Below, piece by piece: positions 11,657 through 22,559 of a stretch of DNA of 49,427 nt (positions are counted from its first letter, which is position 1; the number at the start of each line of letters is the position of its first letter). Both the position numbers and the translations under genes were made by a program. The notes under the pieces are model-generated. The model did no database searches, had not been told where the DNA came from, and worked only from the letters and a program-made list of their open reading frames with translations. The stretch lies in the NCBI GenBank assembly GCA_032718475.1, contig JAUCBJ010006007.1, positions 1 to 49,427 on the forward strand, given 5' to 3'. The DNA comes from Nemertoderma westbladi. Its lineage: Eukaryota; Animalia; Xenacoelomorpha.

Positions 11657-13173
11657 ACGGCTTCCTGAAAAACACGCAACAGCGCAACGGCGCAACAGTG
11701 CAACGGCGCAACAGCTCTATAACCAATGGGCAGCATTGGCGCAACAGCGCAACAACCTATGATTGGATTATACATTCCACTCGAATTCCATTGGCTTGTA
11801 TATTCTGTTGCGTTCTATGACATTCCATTTCTGTAGCGCCGATGGCGCAACAGAGTAATAAATAAAGCAAGGTACTGTACGTTCTAAAAGGGATGCGACA
11901 TATAACAATCCTAGTACCAATATGGAACTCACTTCCCAGTGACGTTAACGAATCAGTAAGTGTTAAGTCCTTTTGTGACAAACTTAAAACTTGTAATTTA
12001 TTAGAATATTGCCATTTCAATAGATTCGATTAATTAGGACGCATGATCATGCATTTATTTTTAGTTTCTACTCAGTATGCATAAACTTTTGTTCTTATAA
12101 AACATAAAATGTTTTTATAGAAGAGTGAACAGTTATTGATGGCGTTGTTATTTGTAATTATTGCCGTTTCTAATTCAGTGTATTTAAATGTAAATTATTG
12201 ATTTCGTTAGTTATTTTTTTATTTTATAATTTTAATAAAAAGAGAGTTCAATTAAATTCAATCCAATGCAGAGCTATACCGAGCTAAAACCGTCCTATAC
12301 CAAACTATAGTGATGCCATAGAGATAACAAGTGCAACCAATCATGGTAGACAATTTAGTCTCCCCCTTCCCTTGCCAAGGGGTTAGCATATTAAATACAG
12401 TATATCCTTGCCCTATCGTGAACAAAGGCAATAAAAAGCATAGAGAATCGATAAGAACCATCGGCCTATTTCCTTTGTAAACTATTTTTGAACTCTAAAC
12501 TTTAATTATTAACACATTTTACCGCCCGCAACGCATGAAGTGAAGAATATGTAGTCTTAGCGTATTCCTCTACAGAGTATACATGTATAGGATACAATAC
12601 TGTTGAAAGCATTTGATTGTTGTGGGTTGTTTATTGAACATACCGAATTGTGTCTTATTTTAGTACTGAAACGCTTGGAATACGTAAGCCACTTAATGAT
12701 AAACGTCGAATAGGCATAGTTATGGGTAGCACCTACGCGTAGTTATACGTAGCACCTACGCGTAGTTATACGTAGCACCTCCGCGTAGTTAATGTTAAAA
12801 CTCTGAAACTGGTGATGTATGACCCAATGAAATGTTGCGAACTACGCGTAGGTCGAAAAGATTTACACCCTGCCTGTGCGTTGCCAACACTACAGCACTA
12901 CCTGACAGCCTGACTACTTCCTGTCAGCTAATCAATAACCAGTATTTTCATGTATTTGTAGGCCTAACCTCTCCTGTTCTCTGCTTGTTGTGCCATCGGC
13001 GCTACAGAAATGGATTGCCATAGAACGCTACAGAATGTACAAGCCAATGGAATTAGAGTGGAATGTATAAACCAATCTTAGGTTGTTGCGCTGTTGCGCC
13101 AATGTTGTTCATTGGTTATAGGGCTGTTGCGCCGTTGCGCCATTGCGCTGTTGCGTGTTGTCCAGGAAGCCGT
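11657..13173. mobile_element. Non-autonomous DNA transposon with ~200-bp TIRs at a TTAA/TTTAAA target (Kolobok/T2-like)
   Basis: TTAA|ACGGCTTCCTG... and ...CAGGAAGCCGT|TTAA. Arms ~11657-11850 and ~12988-13173 carry GCGCAAC repeats. Internal 23-bp triple repeat at ~12727-12790. Absent from the right arm of the large inverted element. Confidence 0.8.
11885..12260 (+). mobile_element. 3' fragment of a CR1/L2-type LINE nested in the MITE
   Basis: Translates as ...PIWNSLPSDVNESVSVKSFCDKLKT, the WNSLP...F..KLK C-terminal motif of CR1/L2 ORF2. It is followed by an AT-rich UTR, AATAAA (~12234) and a short TTCAA-like tail. Confidence 0.6.
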
Positions 13174-13669
13174 TTAAACTCTGTAGGCATCTACAGTACT
13201 ACAGCATAGGCCATATCTTTTGCTGAATCATAGAGTAGTCTGAAGTTCCCCTGTCTGCCGCAAGAGGGCGAAATGTCTCAAAGTGAAAACCATACAGTAG
13301 CTATGAATTGCTACCGCGGCTCTTTTATTTATTAATACTTATTTATTTGTATTTAATTTTAATTTATTTATTTGTATTTAATTTTAATTTATTTATTTGT
13401 ATTTAATTTTAATTTATTTATTTGTATTTAATTTTAATTTATTTATTTGTATTTAATTTTAATTAATTTTGTATTTAATTTTAATTAATTATTTGTATTT
13501 ATTTTTACTTTATATATTGGTTTCTATTTTTAGCTTTAACAATAAACAGTTTATATATTACACACCGATGCTAAATGACGTCATTATTGGAACCATCTAA
13601 CCATAGACTTGCAGCCTTATTTAGCCCTAGGGTATACAGCTCCCTTACTGGTAACTATTTTGGAGTTAA

Positions 13670-15255
13670 CCCTATTAAACCCGGGGAAGGGGGTCAATAT
13701 GACCCCCCCCCCCCCCCCGTGGTTTTCTTATTATAATTCTGAAACAAACGCAGTTGGGAATCTAAGATTTTATGACTTTTCCTAAGAATCTATTGTCTTC
13801 CAAGTAGTGAAAACCGTTTTCAAAAATATTGGGTAGTTTTCGAGTTATAGCACCATTTTTTAACCCTACTTTTGGCACTTTTATGAGACGTTTTTTAAAA
13901 TTTCATTTCATTAAATATGAATTGTAACATGTCAATTTTGGATTTACACCGGTTTTTTGGTGTTAGCAATTGGATGGAATTCATATAAATTGATATTCAA
14001 ATTTTTTTTTTCGGCGGGTTTCGGCGGGACAATTTTGGTGCCAGCACCAAATTTTGAAATATGTCAATTTTGTAAATTGATTGTTTAAAACTGGTTTTTT
14101 ACGCAATTGGGTTTTTTGGGGTTCTGGTTTCGATGGAATATATACGAGTTGCACCAAGCGTATCAAACTTGTATTTTTCGGTGCTGAGTGCAAATTTTGG
14201 TGCTACAGTAGCACGAATTTTGAAAATCCATTCAATAGATAAAATTGCTTGTGACAATTTATTTCTTGCGTTTTAGAGGTTTATGGCTGTTCTGAATTCA
14301 ATGGAATATATAATTATCGAACTAGACATATCAAACTTGTATTTTTCGGAAGTGGGTGCAAAATGTGGTGCTAGCACCAAATTTTGAAAACCATCAAATA
14401 TATCAATTGATTGTGTCACCTTGTTTCTTGCGTTATTCGGGTTTGTGAGGGTTCTGAATTCAATGGATTCAGTAAAACTTTCATAAGAGTTTTCAAACTT
14501 GATTTTTCGACGGTGGGTGAAAATTGTTGTGCCAGCACCAAATTTGGGAAAATAAGCAAATTGATCAGTAGATAGTATCATCTTGTTTCTTGCGTTATAC
14601 GGGTTTATGAGGGTCCTGAATCCGATGGAATCAATAAAAACAGCACTGGATATCGCAAACTTGTACTTTTGGGTGATGGGTACCAAATTTGGTGCTAGCA
14701 CCAAAATTTGCAAAATTACGTCGAAAAATACACGGAGCAATGATCTGGCATATTATAAATATATTCCATTAGAATCAGCGCCCTAGAAAACCTGCAAATG
14801 TGAATTTATAGCATCGTATAAGTGAATTAAAAATTTTGTGTTCTAACGGAATTAAGTGCTGGTTACTTGTTTTTTTTTCATTTTTTTCCTACGCAGAGAG
14901 GACTAAACAGCCATTTATAGTAATCATATCATTTTTAAATATTTTCCAATGTATTTTGCGCCCCAAAAAACCTGTATTGAAAAACAATTAGCCGAAAAAT
15001 GTAACTTTCAAATTTTGTGAAATGTGCACTACTTGTAATTTTGGTGCTGCAATATAACCACCCCAGTACATTTTTTCGAACATTTTTTTTTTTCGGTCGG
15101 ATCCAGACTAGTGATACCTACATACAAACAAAAAATCAGACGCTTTCGTAAAAATTTGTAGATTTTAGAGGGGGGGGGGGGGGGGGGGTCAATATGACCC
15201 CCCCCCCCCCCCCCCCCCGGTATTTGTACATTTTATAGCCCCGGTACTAATAGGG
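13670..15255. mobile_element. Non-autonomous piggyBac-like element with a TTAA TSD and an internal ~162-168-bp tandem repeat
   Basis: TTAA|CCCTATTA (13666) and TAATAGGG|TTAA (15259). A GGGGGTCAATATGACCCCC palindrome lies near both ends. CAAACTTG recurs at ~14164, 14332, 14494 and 14656. Confidence 0.82.
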
Positions 15256-16029
15256 TTAATGTTAGCGAAGGGCCTAAACTTAAGGCAAGAAGTTACATGC
15301 AAGCTATCGCCTAGGTTACCAGTTACGCATGAATGAACAATTTATCAGGGGGCCCTCTTAAAATTCTTTGTGCTGCGTCAGGATTGCCTCATTTAAGGAA
15401 GCCGCATCCCTATCGATAATCTAAATATAGTATCGGTAATCATTTTCAGTATAACGTAAAATTAAATAAGACCCTCTTTTAATACATAAGTTTATACAGT
15501 TTATCTTCAATTTAATTTGTTTTTATTTACAACCCTATCTACTGTATTATAATTTATGTTTTATAATAACAAGCTATATCATGTTAATCTTTATTAATTT
15601 TCTTTGTACTGAGGTTTTCGAGGGCGCTGTTTCCAATGGTCCGATTCTCAAAACGATCTAACATACTGTATAATTAATTACTTAAGCCTGCGAGGTATGC
15701 GTAATTAAAAAATCTCGTTTACCAGTTTTCCTAAAAAACTATGAAGCAACTGTATATTGCTTAAGAGTTCTGAGGGGTGAGTCATGAGGCAAGATGTTTG
15801 AGACTTGTTTAGATATATTATTACTTAATTTTGACCCCCCAGTAGGTATCTATTACAATATGGGCTATATCTTTTGCGGAGTCACAGAGTAGTCTGAAGT
15901 TCCCCAGTCTGCTGCTAGAGCGCGAAGTATCTCAAAGTGAAAACCATACAGTAGCCATGAATTGGTTATTAGGCAATACTACTACATTTTGTATAGCTAG
16001 GCCTATTGCTAACCGAACGAAAACTACCC

Positions 16030-16103
16030 TGGTCCATGCGGGGATCGAACCCATGACCTATGGGAGATGTGAATTCAACGCAACCACTACACCAAGGTGG
16101 AAC
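16030..16103 (-). ncRNA. tRNA-derived Pol III-like cassette (left arm copy)
   Basis: Reverse complement of the copy at 18208-18281; same A-box and B-box. Confidence 0.45.
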
Positions 16104-16189
16104 AGTAACGTTCGAATTTGTTCGTTGACGTTCGAATTTGTAAGACTTGATTTAAGACCTGAGGCACTCCTAAAGTCTCGAGTTTTAGG

Positions 16190-16636
16190 ACTGAGACATA
16201 GACTATGCATCACTGAGGCACAGACTATGCCTCACTGAGGCACAGACTATGCCTCACTAAGGCACAGACTGTGCCTCACTGAGGCACAGACTAGGCCTCA
16301 CTGAGGCACAGACTATGCCTCACTGAGGCACAGACTATGCATCACTGAGGCATAGACTATGCCTCACTGATGCACAGACTATTCCTCACTGAGGCACAGA
16401 CTATCCCTCACTGATGCACTGACTATGCCTCACTGAGGCACAGACTATGCCTCACTGAGGCACAGACTATGCCTCACTGAGGCACAGACTATGCCTCACT
16501 GAGGCACTGAGGCACAGACTATGCCTCACTGAGGCACTGAGGCACAGACTATGCCTCACTGAGGCACAGACTATGCCTCACTGAGGCACTGACTATGCCT
16601 CACTGAGGCACTGAGGCACAAACTATGCCTCACTGA
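16190..16636 (+). repeat. 22-bp minisatellite (CACTGAGGCACAGACTATGCCT), ~20 copies; ~2.5 inverted copies at 18062-18120
   Basis: Directly visible tandem units marking the inner boundary of both inverted arms. Confidence 0.95.
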
Positions 16637-16742
16637 TTGTCTAATTTTTATTTTAAAAAAGTTTCAAAAAAAAAAAGTATCATAAAAGTTTTATTTATTT
16701 AAAAATTTGTAAAATCATTTAGCTAAAATTCAATAGTATCAA

Positions 16743-17246
16743 TTGAGGCATTGCTATAATGCATATAGACATGAAAGTTGTTTGGTTTGTAATAAAGAAA
16801 TGAGACAAGACAATCTATCTCGTCATATGGAAACACATAGAAAGGATAAACTAATGGATCCGTTACCAAAAAAAATTAAAAAATCCGAAGATAATTTTAG
16901 TGAAGATGAAAAGAAAAAGAGAGATGAGCGTGATATATTAAATATAAAACAGACAATGGAAAATAAATTTCATAAAGTTATGAAAATTTTGAAAGGGATA
17001 CAAAAACAGTTACCCCTAGAAAATGAGGAAAATTTGAGTGAGAAAGATGGAGAAGAAGAGGATGATGAGATGGAGAATGAAAATAGTGAGGGTCAGGATG
17101 AAGTTGAAGAGAGTGAAGTTGAGAACGAAGAAAGTGAAGGTCAAGAAGAGGATGAAGAAAGTGAAGGTGTGGAAGAGGATGAAGAAGTGAAGGTCAGGCC
17201 AAAATTAAGAAACAGATGGTTAATGAGGAAGATGAAAGTAAAGTAA
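16743..17246 (+). CDS. C2H2 zinc-finger plus acidic low-complexity protein in the spacer of the inverted element; possibly a pseudogene
   Basis: CLVCNKEMRQDNLSRHMETH is C-x2-C-x12-H-x3-H. It is followed by PLPKKIKK (NLS-like), a helical segment and a Glu-rich tail. The ATG at 16771 is 1 nt out of frame with the finger; the first in-frame ATG (16800) lies after both Cys. Confidence 0.55.
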   Translation: MRHCYNAYRHESCLVCNKEMRQDNLSRHMETHRKDKLMDPLPKKIKKSEDNFSEDEKKKRDERDILNIKQTMENKFHKVMKILKGIQKQLPLENEENLSEKDGEEEDDEMENENSEGQDEVEESEVENEESEGQEEDEESEGVEEDEEVKVRPKLRNRWLMRKMKVK

Positions 17247-18207
17247 ATCAACCAGCTTTTACTAATTTTCGAAGACCTATGATAAAAAACTCTCGTTCAG
17301 TATATGCCCGCGTAGGACGACGCTATTGACAGTTGTTTGTTTGAGTTCCTTTCATAATAGTATTAGGACTATTTATCCATAACAATTATATTAGTATTAG
17401 GAGTATTTATCCATAACAATTATATTAGTATTAGGAGTATTTACCCACAATATTTATTACTATTAGGTCTAATTTTTATAATATACTTTGGAAAATTAGT
17501 CAACTAAGTCATAATTTTTAAAACTTTAAATAAGGGTTGAGTTATTGCATATAATGTTAAGAAGAGTGAACCAATAGAAGCAACCTGAGGTCTAATCTCT
17601 TGGCCTTTACTCATAAGACAGCGCATTAACTCCCAAGGTTGCATACTATCACTATAACTGGGAGGTCAAAGCTAGTGTACACAGTCAGCCAAGAGCTAGG
17701 AAAAAGAATGATGCTCTTCTAGAGTTCGAACTCACGACCTTCTAATAAGAAAACTAAGCAAATTATCAGCTTGAAAGCCTTAGACCCTTAATCTGAGGAA
17801 TCGAGTAGCCAATGAGAGAGCAGATGCGAGTACAGTGGTAAACCCCATCCATGGTGAGATAACGTTACACTAACTCTCAAGGATAGTTATACTCACCATT
17901 CAAATATCCCTCGCAAACCAGATTCCCCCATCATCTAAAGTATTCCACTCCAATGCAAAATAAATAGAGCTTCAGTTGGATTTGAACCTGTGCTTGTAAA
18001 CACTTTTGTGCTCGTATATTGTAATTTATTGTTCATATAATGCAATATAACTCGGCTATTTAGTCTGTGCCTCAGTGAGGCATGGTCTGTGCCTCAGTGA
18101 GGCATAGTCTGTGTCTCAGTCCTAAAACTCGAGACTTTAGGAGTGCCTCAGGTCTTAAATGAGAGTCTTACAAATTCGAACGTCAACAAACAAATTCGAA
18201 CGTTACT

Positions 18208-18281
18208 GTTCCACCTTGGTGTAGTGGTTGCGTTGAATTCACATCTCCCATAGGTCATGGGTTCGATCCCCGCATGGACCA
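18208..18281 (+). ncRNA. tRNA-derived Pol III-like cassette (right arm copy)
   Basis: A-box TGGTGTAGTGG, T-arm ATGGGTTCGATCCCCGCATGGACCA, and TTTT ~7 nt downstream. The acceptor and anticodon arms are imperfect, so it is not a canonical tRNA. Confidence 0.5.
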
Positions 18282-19980
18282 GGGTAGTTTTCGTTCGGTT
18301 AGCAATAGGCCTAGCTATACAAATGTAGTAGTATTGCCTAGTAACCAATCATGGCTACTGTATGGTTTTCACTTTGAGATATTTCGCCCTCTAGCGGCAG
18401 ACTGGGGAACTTCAGACTACTCTGTGACTCCGCAAAAAGATATAGCCTATATTGTAATAGATACCGACTGGGGGGTCAAAATTAAGTAATAATATATCTA
18501 AATAAGTCTCAAACATCTTGCCTCATGACTCGCCCCTCAGAACTCTTAAGCACTATAACTTCATAGTTTTTAAGTAAAACTGGTATTAAACGAGATTTGT
18601 TAATTACGCATACCTCGCAGTCTTAAGTAATTCATTATACAGTAGGTTAGATCGTTTTGAGAATAGGACCATTGGAAAGAGCGCCCTCGAAAACCTCAGT
18701 ACAAAGAAAATTAATACAGATTAACATGATATAGCTTGTTATTATAAAACATAAATTATAATACTGTAGAACAATTAGGGTTGTAAATAAAAACAAATTA
18801 AATTGAAGATAAACTATATATATATATAAATAAACTTATGTATTAAAAGAGGGCCCTATTTAATTATACAGTATACTGAAAATGGTTAGCGATACCATAA
18901 TTAGATTATCGATAGGGATGCGGCTTCCTTAAATGAGGCAATCCTGACGCAGCACAAATAATTTTAAGAGGGGCCCCTGATAATTGTTCATTCATGCGTA
19001 ACTGGTAACCTAGGCGATAGTATAGCCTTGCCTTAAGTTTAGGACCTGTATACCCTAGGGCTAAATAAGGCTGCAGGTCCATAGTGAGATGGTTCCAATA
19101 ATGACGTCATTTAGCAACGGTAAGTAATATAAAAACTAATTATTGTTAATTCTAAAAATAGAAAACAATATATTAAGTAAAAGTAATACAATTAATTAAT
19201 TTAAAATTAAGTACAAAAAAATAAAGTAAAAATAAATACAAATAATTAATTAAAATTAAATACAAATAAATAAATTAAAATTAAATACAAATAAATAAAT
19301 TAAAATTAAATACAAATAAATAAGTATTAATAAAGAAAAGAGCCGCGGTACCAATTCATAGCACTGTATGGTTTTCACTGGGGAACTTCAGACTACTCTG
19401 TGACTCCGCAAAAGATATGGCCTATATTGTAATAGATACCGACTGGGGGGGGGGGGGGGGGTCAAAATTAAGTAATAAATAAGTCTCAAACATCTTGCCT
19501 CATGGCTCGCCCCTCAGAACTCTTAAGCAATATGGCTTCATGGTTTTGCGGATTGTAAATAACAAAGCTAGAGAACATGTTAATTTTCAGATAATATGAC
19601 CTCTAGCGGCAGACTATGGAACTGCAGACGGCTGGATATAGGTAAGAGTAATTAGTAATCAGAGGTGTCACGAGAGGGGGCGGGGCGCTTGGATGCATCT
19701 ATTATTAAAAACCTGTTGCTTGGTTAAAGCTAATTGGGGGTCAAAGGTCAACGATAAAGCAGTCTGGATATAGATAAGAGTAATTAGTTACCAGTAAGGG
19801 AGCTGTATACCCTATGTCTAAGTATAACGAGATTAAAGTCAATGAGGTCATTTAGAAAGTAATATATAAAACTAATTATTGGTAAATCTAAAATAAAATA
19901 CATATAATTAATTAAAATTAAATACAAATAAATAGGTATTAATAAATAAAAGAGCCGCGGTGTCACTTATGACACCCTTT

Positions 19981-20265
19981 GGTCCTCTTGTGACAGTTGG
20001 ACAACACTGACACCATTGCGTGTTGGGGCGCTAATTGGTCTGATTAATTAGGATAATCAATTAAACCCTAACTAGGAGTCATAGACAGCTATTAGGGATT
20101 AATTGTACTAATTAATTGATTGACACCTGTCAATTAGGGTCTAATTAGCCTAATTAGGAGGTGTCACCCAGACTGTCTGGGGCCAATGACACCCCATGGG
20201 TGATAATAGGGTGTCATATGACACCCAATGGGTGTCAGTGGGGTCCAACTGTCGCAAAGAGGACC
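19981..20265. repeat. Right terminal hairpin sub-element
   Basis: GGTCCTCTTGTGACAGTTGGAC at 19981 pairs with GTCCAACTGTCGCAAAGAGGACC ending at 20265; mirror of 10921-11210. Confidence 0.85.
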
Positions 20266-21446
20266 ACACATCTACTACTGTCATGTCCACTTAGGGGCTC
20301 CGTGAAAATACGTTAAATTTATAGTAAATTTTAAAATTTAATTTTGAGACAGGGGGGGGGGGGGGGGGAATGGACGCAAATCCCGCCTTGGCGATCCTCG
20401 ATTCTCAATTTAGGGAAAGAAACAGGTTACAGTGGTACGTTATTTTAACCAAAACAATAAACTAAACACAATAGAACAGGTTACTGTTTTATTTTTGAGA
20501 GTAATCATCTGTTATTGGCGTCCAATTTCCCCTGGATAGGGATGAATTTTATTGCGTCCAGTTCCCTCCCCCCTATCTGTTAATTTTATGATTTTATTGT
20601 GTCCTGTATTATGTATTGATAATAAATAGTGTTTTTTCTTCTGTATGCCGGTCGTTTGTGCGATGTATCAGTATCGCAACGGGGTCCGAGTACTATGGCC
20701 TATTATAAATACGTCCTGCTAAGATGCCACCCACTAAATTAGGGGGCCGTCTTTCTGCGGTGTTTATTAGGCCTACTCCTGGCAGGACAAGCTGCCAAGA
20801 CAATCAGGATTTCTTTTACTTCTAGAGATATGGCTGTCGGTCGATAACATTGACCCCGTCTTGGTTAGAAATCACCGCCACTGTTACCTGCTGCTTTCCC
20901 TTAATGTTTCCAATCACATTAAATTAATTTTTCAAACCCACTAAACACACACTGCCATTTTGCGCCATTTACTCCACGAGCACATCACCTAGCTACGACG
21001 TCAGCAATGAAAATCGGCAGCATTGGGTCTGTCAGTATGCCTGTCGGCCTGTCCGCCAAAATAAAACCTACCGGTACTTATACCCAGAGAGCCGATGGCC
21101 ATTTAATGAATATTCATTCGATTTACTAAAAATAGCCAACAATTATTTTTATTTACTTACTTGATTTAACTTGTGTGTGTGTGATAGTCATATAATTATG
21201 ACAATTGAGTTTATTTAATAACTTCTTGTCTTTTTGCATATAAATTCATTAATTTATACAGATACGAACAAGATATACTTTACTGTACGTATTGGAACTT
21301 TAGCAAAAATAGAATAAACAATATACAGTCTTAGTAAGTAACTCTACAAGTACCATAGCACATTGCATCAAATACGGACGTTAAGTGGTCGAAATTATCA
21401 TCGGGTTGTTCAAATACGGGATGCGAACACAAGTTGTAGGTCGGTG

Positions 21447-21766
21447 TCAGGAAGTTTGCGAGTCAGTGGGAGGGGGTTTCGCGTGGAGTGGGAAGTTTCC
21501 TTGGTTGGGGAGATTGTTTACCGAGTCCGGGAGTAGGACCATCCGACGGGAGAGAAAGGGGGCCGAATCGCCACCGAATACACTCCGGACAACGTACTTG
21601 GGTTGCGTCCCGGAGCGAACAGTTAACGGGCCGTTAGGCAGCCCAGTCTGGGGGGACGATGTTCGTTTACCAACCAACACAGACTGGCCGTCTACTAGAC
21701 CTTGGTTGTTGGGAACCAGTAGAGAATTCAATTGGGGGCCAGTTTGGTAAGCCGGTGAGTATTTCG
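21447..21766 (-). CDS. Probable terminal coding exon of the ataxin-7-family gene
   Basis: Acceptor ATTATTTTTTGTAG|CG. The phase-1 start matches the phase-1 end of exon 37890-38734. Open to TGA at 21447 (KYSPAYQTGPQ...PPPTDSQTS*). AATAAA lies downstream near 21210. No conserved motif in this exon. Confidence 0.65.
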
Positions 21767-22559
21767 CTACAAAAAATAATAATAATTAGTAATTAATTGT
21801 TGTTACTAATTTCATATCAAAAGTATTTAAATCAGGCGTAAAATATGTTTAACTCTTATTATGACTGAAATATCTAGTACAACAACCTGTCTGTGGGTCT
21901 GTCTAACTGTACGTCTGTCCATCTCTAGGTTTTTAGATCTGTCCACCATTAAGTCTGTCCGACTGTTTGTCTAATCCTACTGTTTAAGATGCGCTCGACA
22001 CTAACTATTGTACAATAGGATATAACACCACCAGTTTTGAAACATAAACATCGTGAACACCTTCTTGGATAGGCAAAGTGGACAACCGCAATGTGGGAAT
22101 CCGTTAAAAAGAAAACTGTATAACTCCACCAGCAGTAGTTAGAGAGCTAATGCATCATACCAAATAAATAATTTATTATCCATGGTCCTCCTTCGCAGTA
22201 AACATAAGGAAATAGTTTCTACTCAATGTTCACCATTACCGATGCAATCAATTATTCAAATACCTCAGGACATTTAGGCCTCATGCATCGTAAATTATTG
22301 AATCCATAGAGTATCAGGGATATAAAATAACCTACGTAATCCAGCAATATACTCTCCTGTAATATCCAGTCAGATCGAAAACAAAATTATAACTCAAGAC
22401 AATTATAGATTAGCGAAGTATTAAAAGTATTACTACAGAATTAGCGAAAGTAAATCAGCCACATAATATAACAGCCGTGATAATTTATATAGAAAAACTC
22501 GCACCGATAACTGCCAAAGGGACCGGGGTCGGCACTGTCAAATATGCGAAATCCAAAAA

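Larger units (their letters stand above)
10907..20279. mobile_element. ~9.4-kb element with multi-kb inverted arms; putative non-autonomous Polinton/Maverick or foldback derivative
   Basis: 10907-11645 mirrors 19550-20279; 13205-13640 mirrors 19045-19425; 15270-16240 mirrors 18060-19045. The ORF-track pairs 11229+/19784- and 15957+/18148- are near-identical. Termini read AGTGGTAG and AGTAGTAG. No clean TSD (AATCAA vs GTCATG). The inverted structure is clear; the family call is inference. Confidence 0.65.

Noticed and set aside
18208-18281. Functional tRNA gene
   Set aside because: The acceptor stem is mismatched and there is no clear anticodon arm; kept only as tRNA-like.
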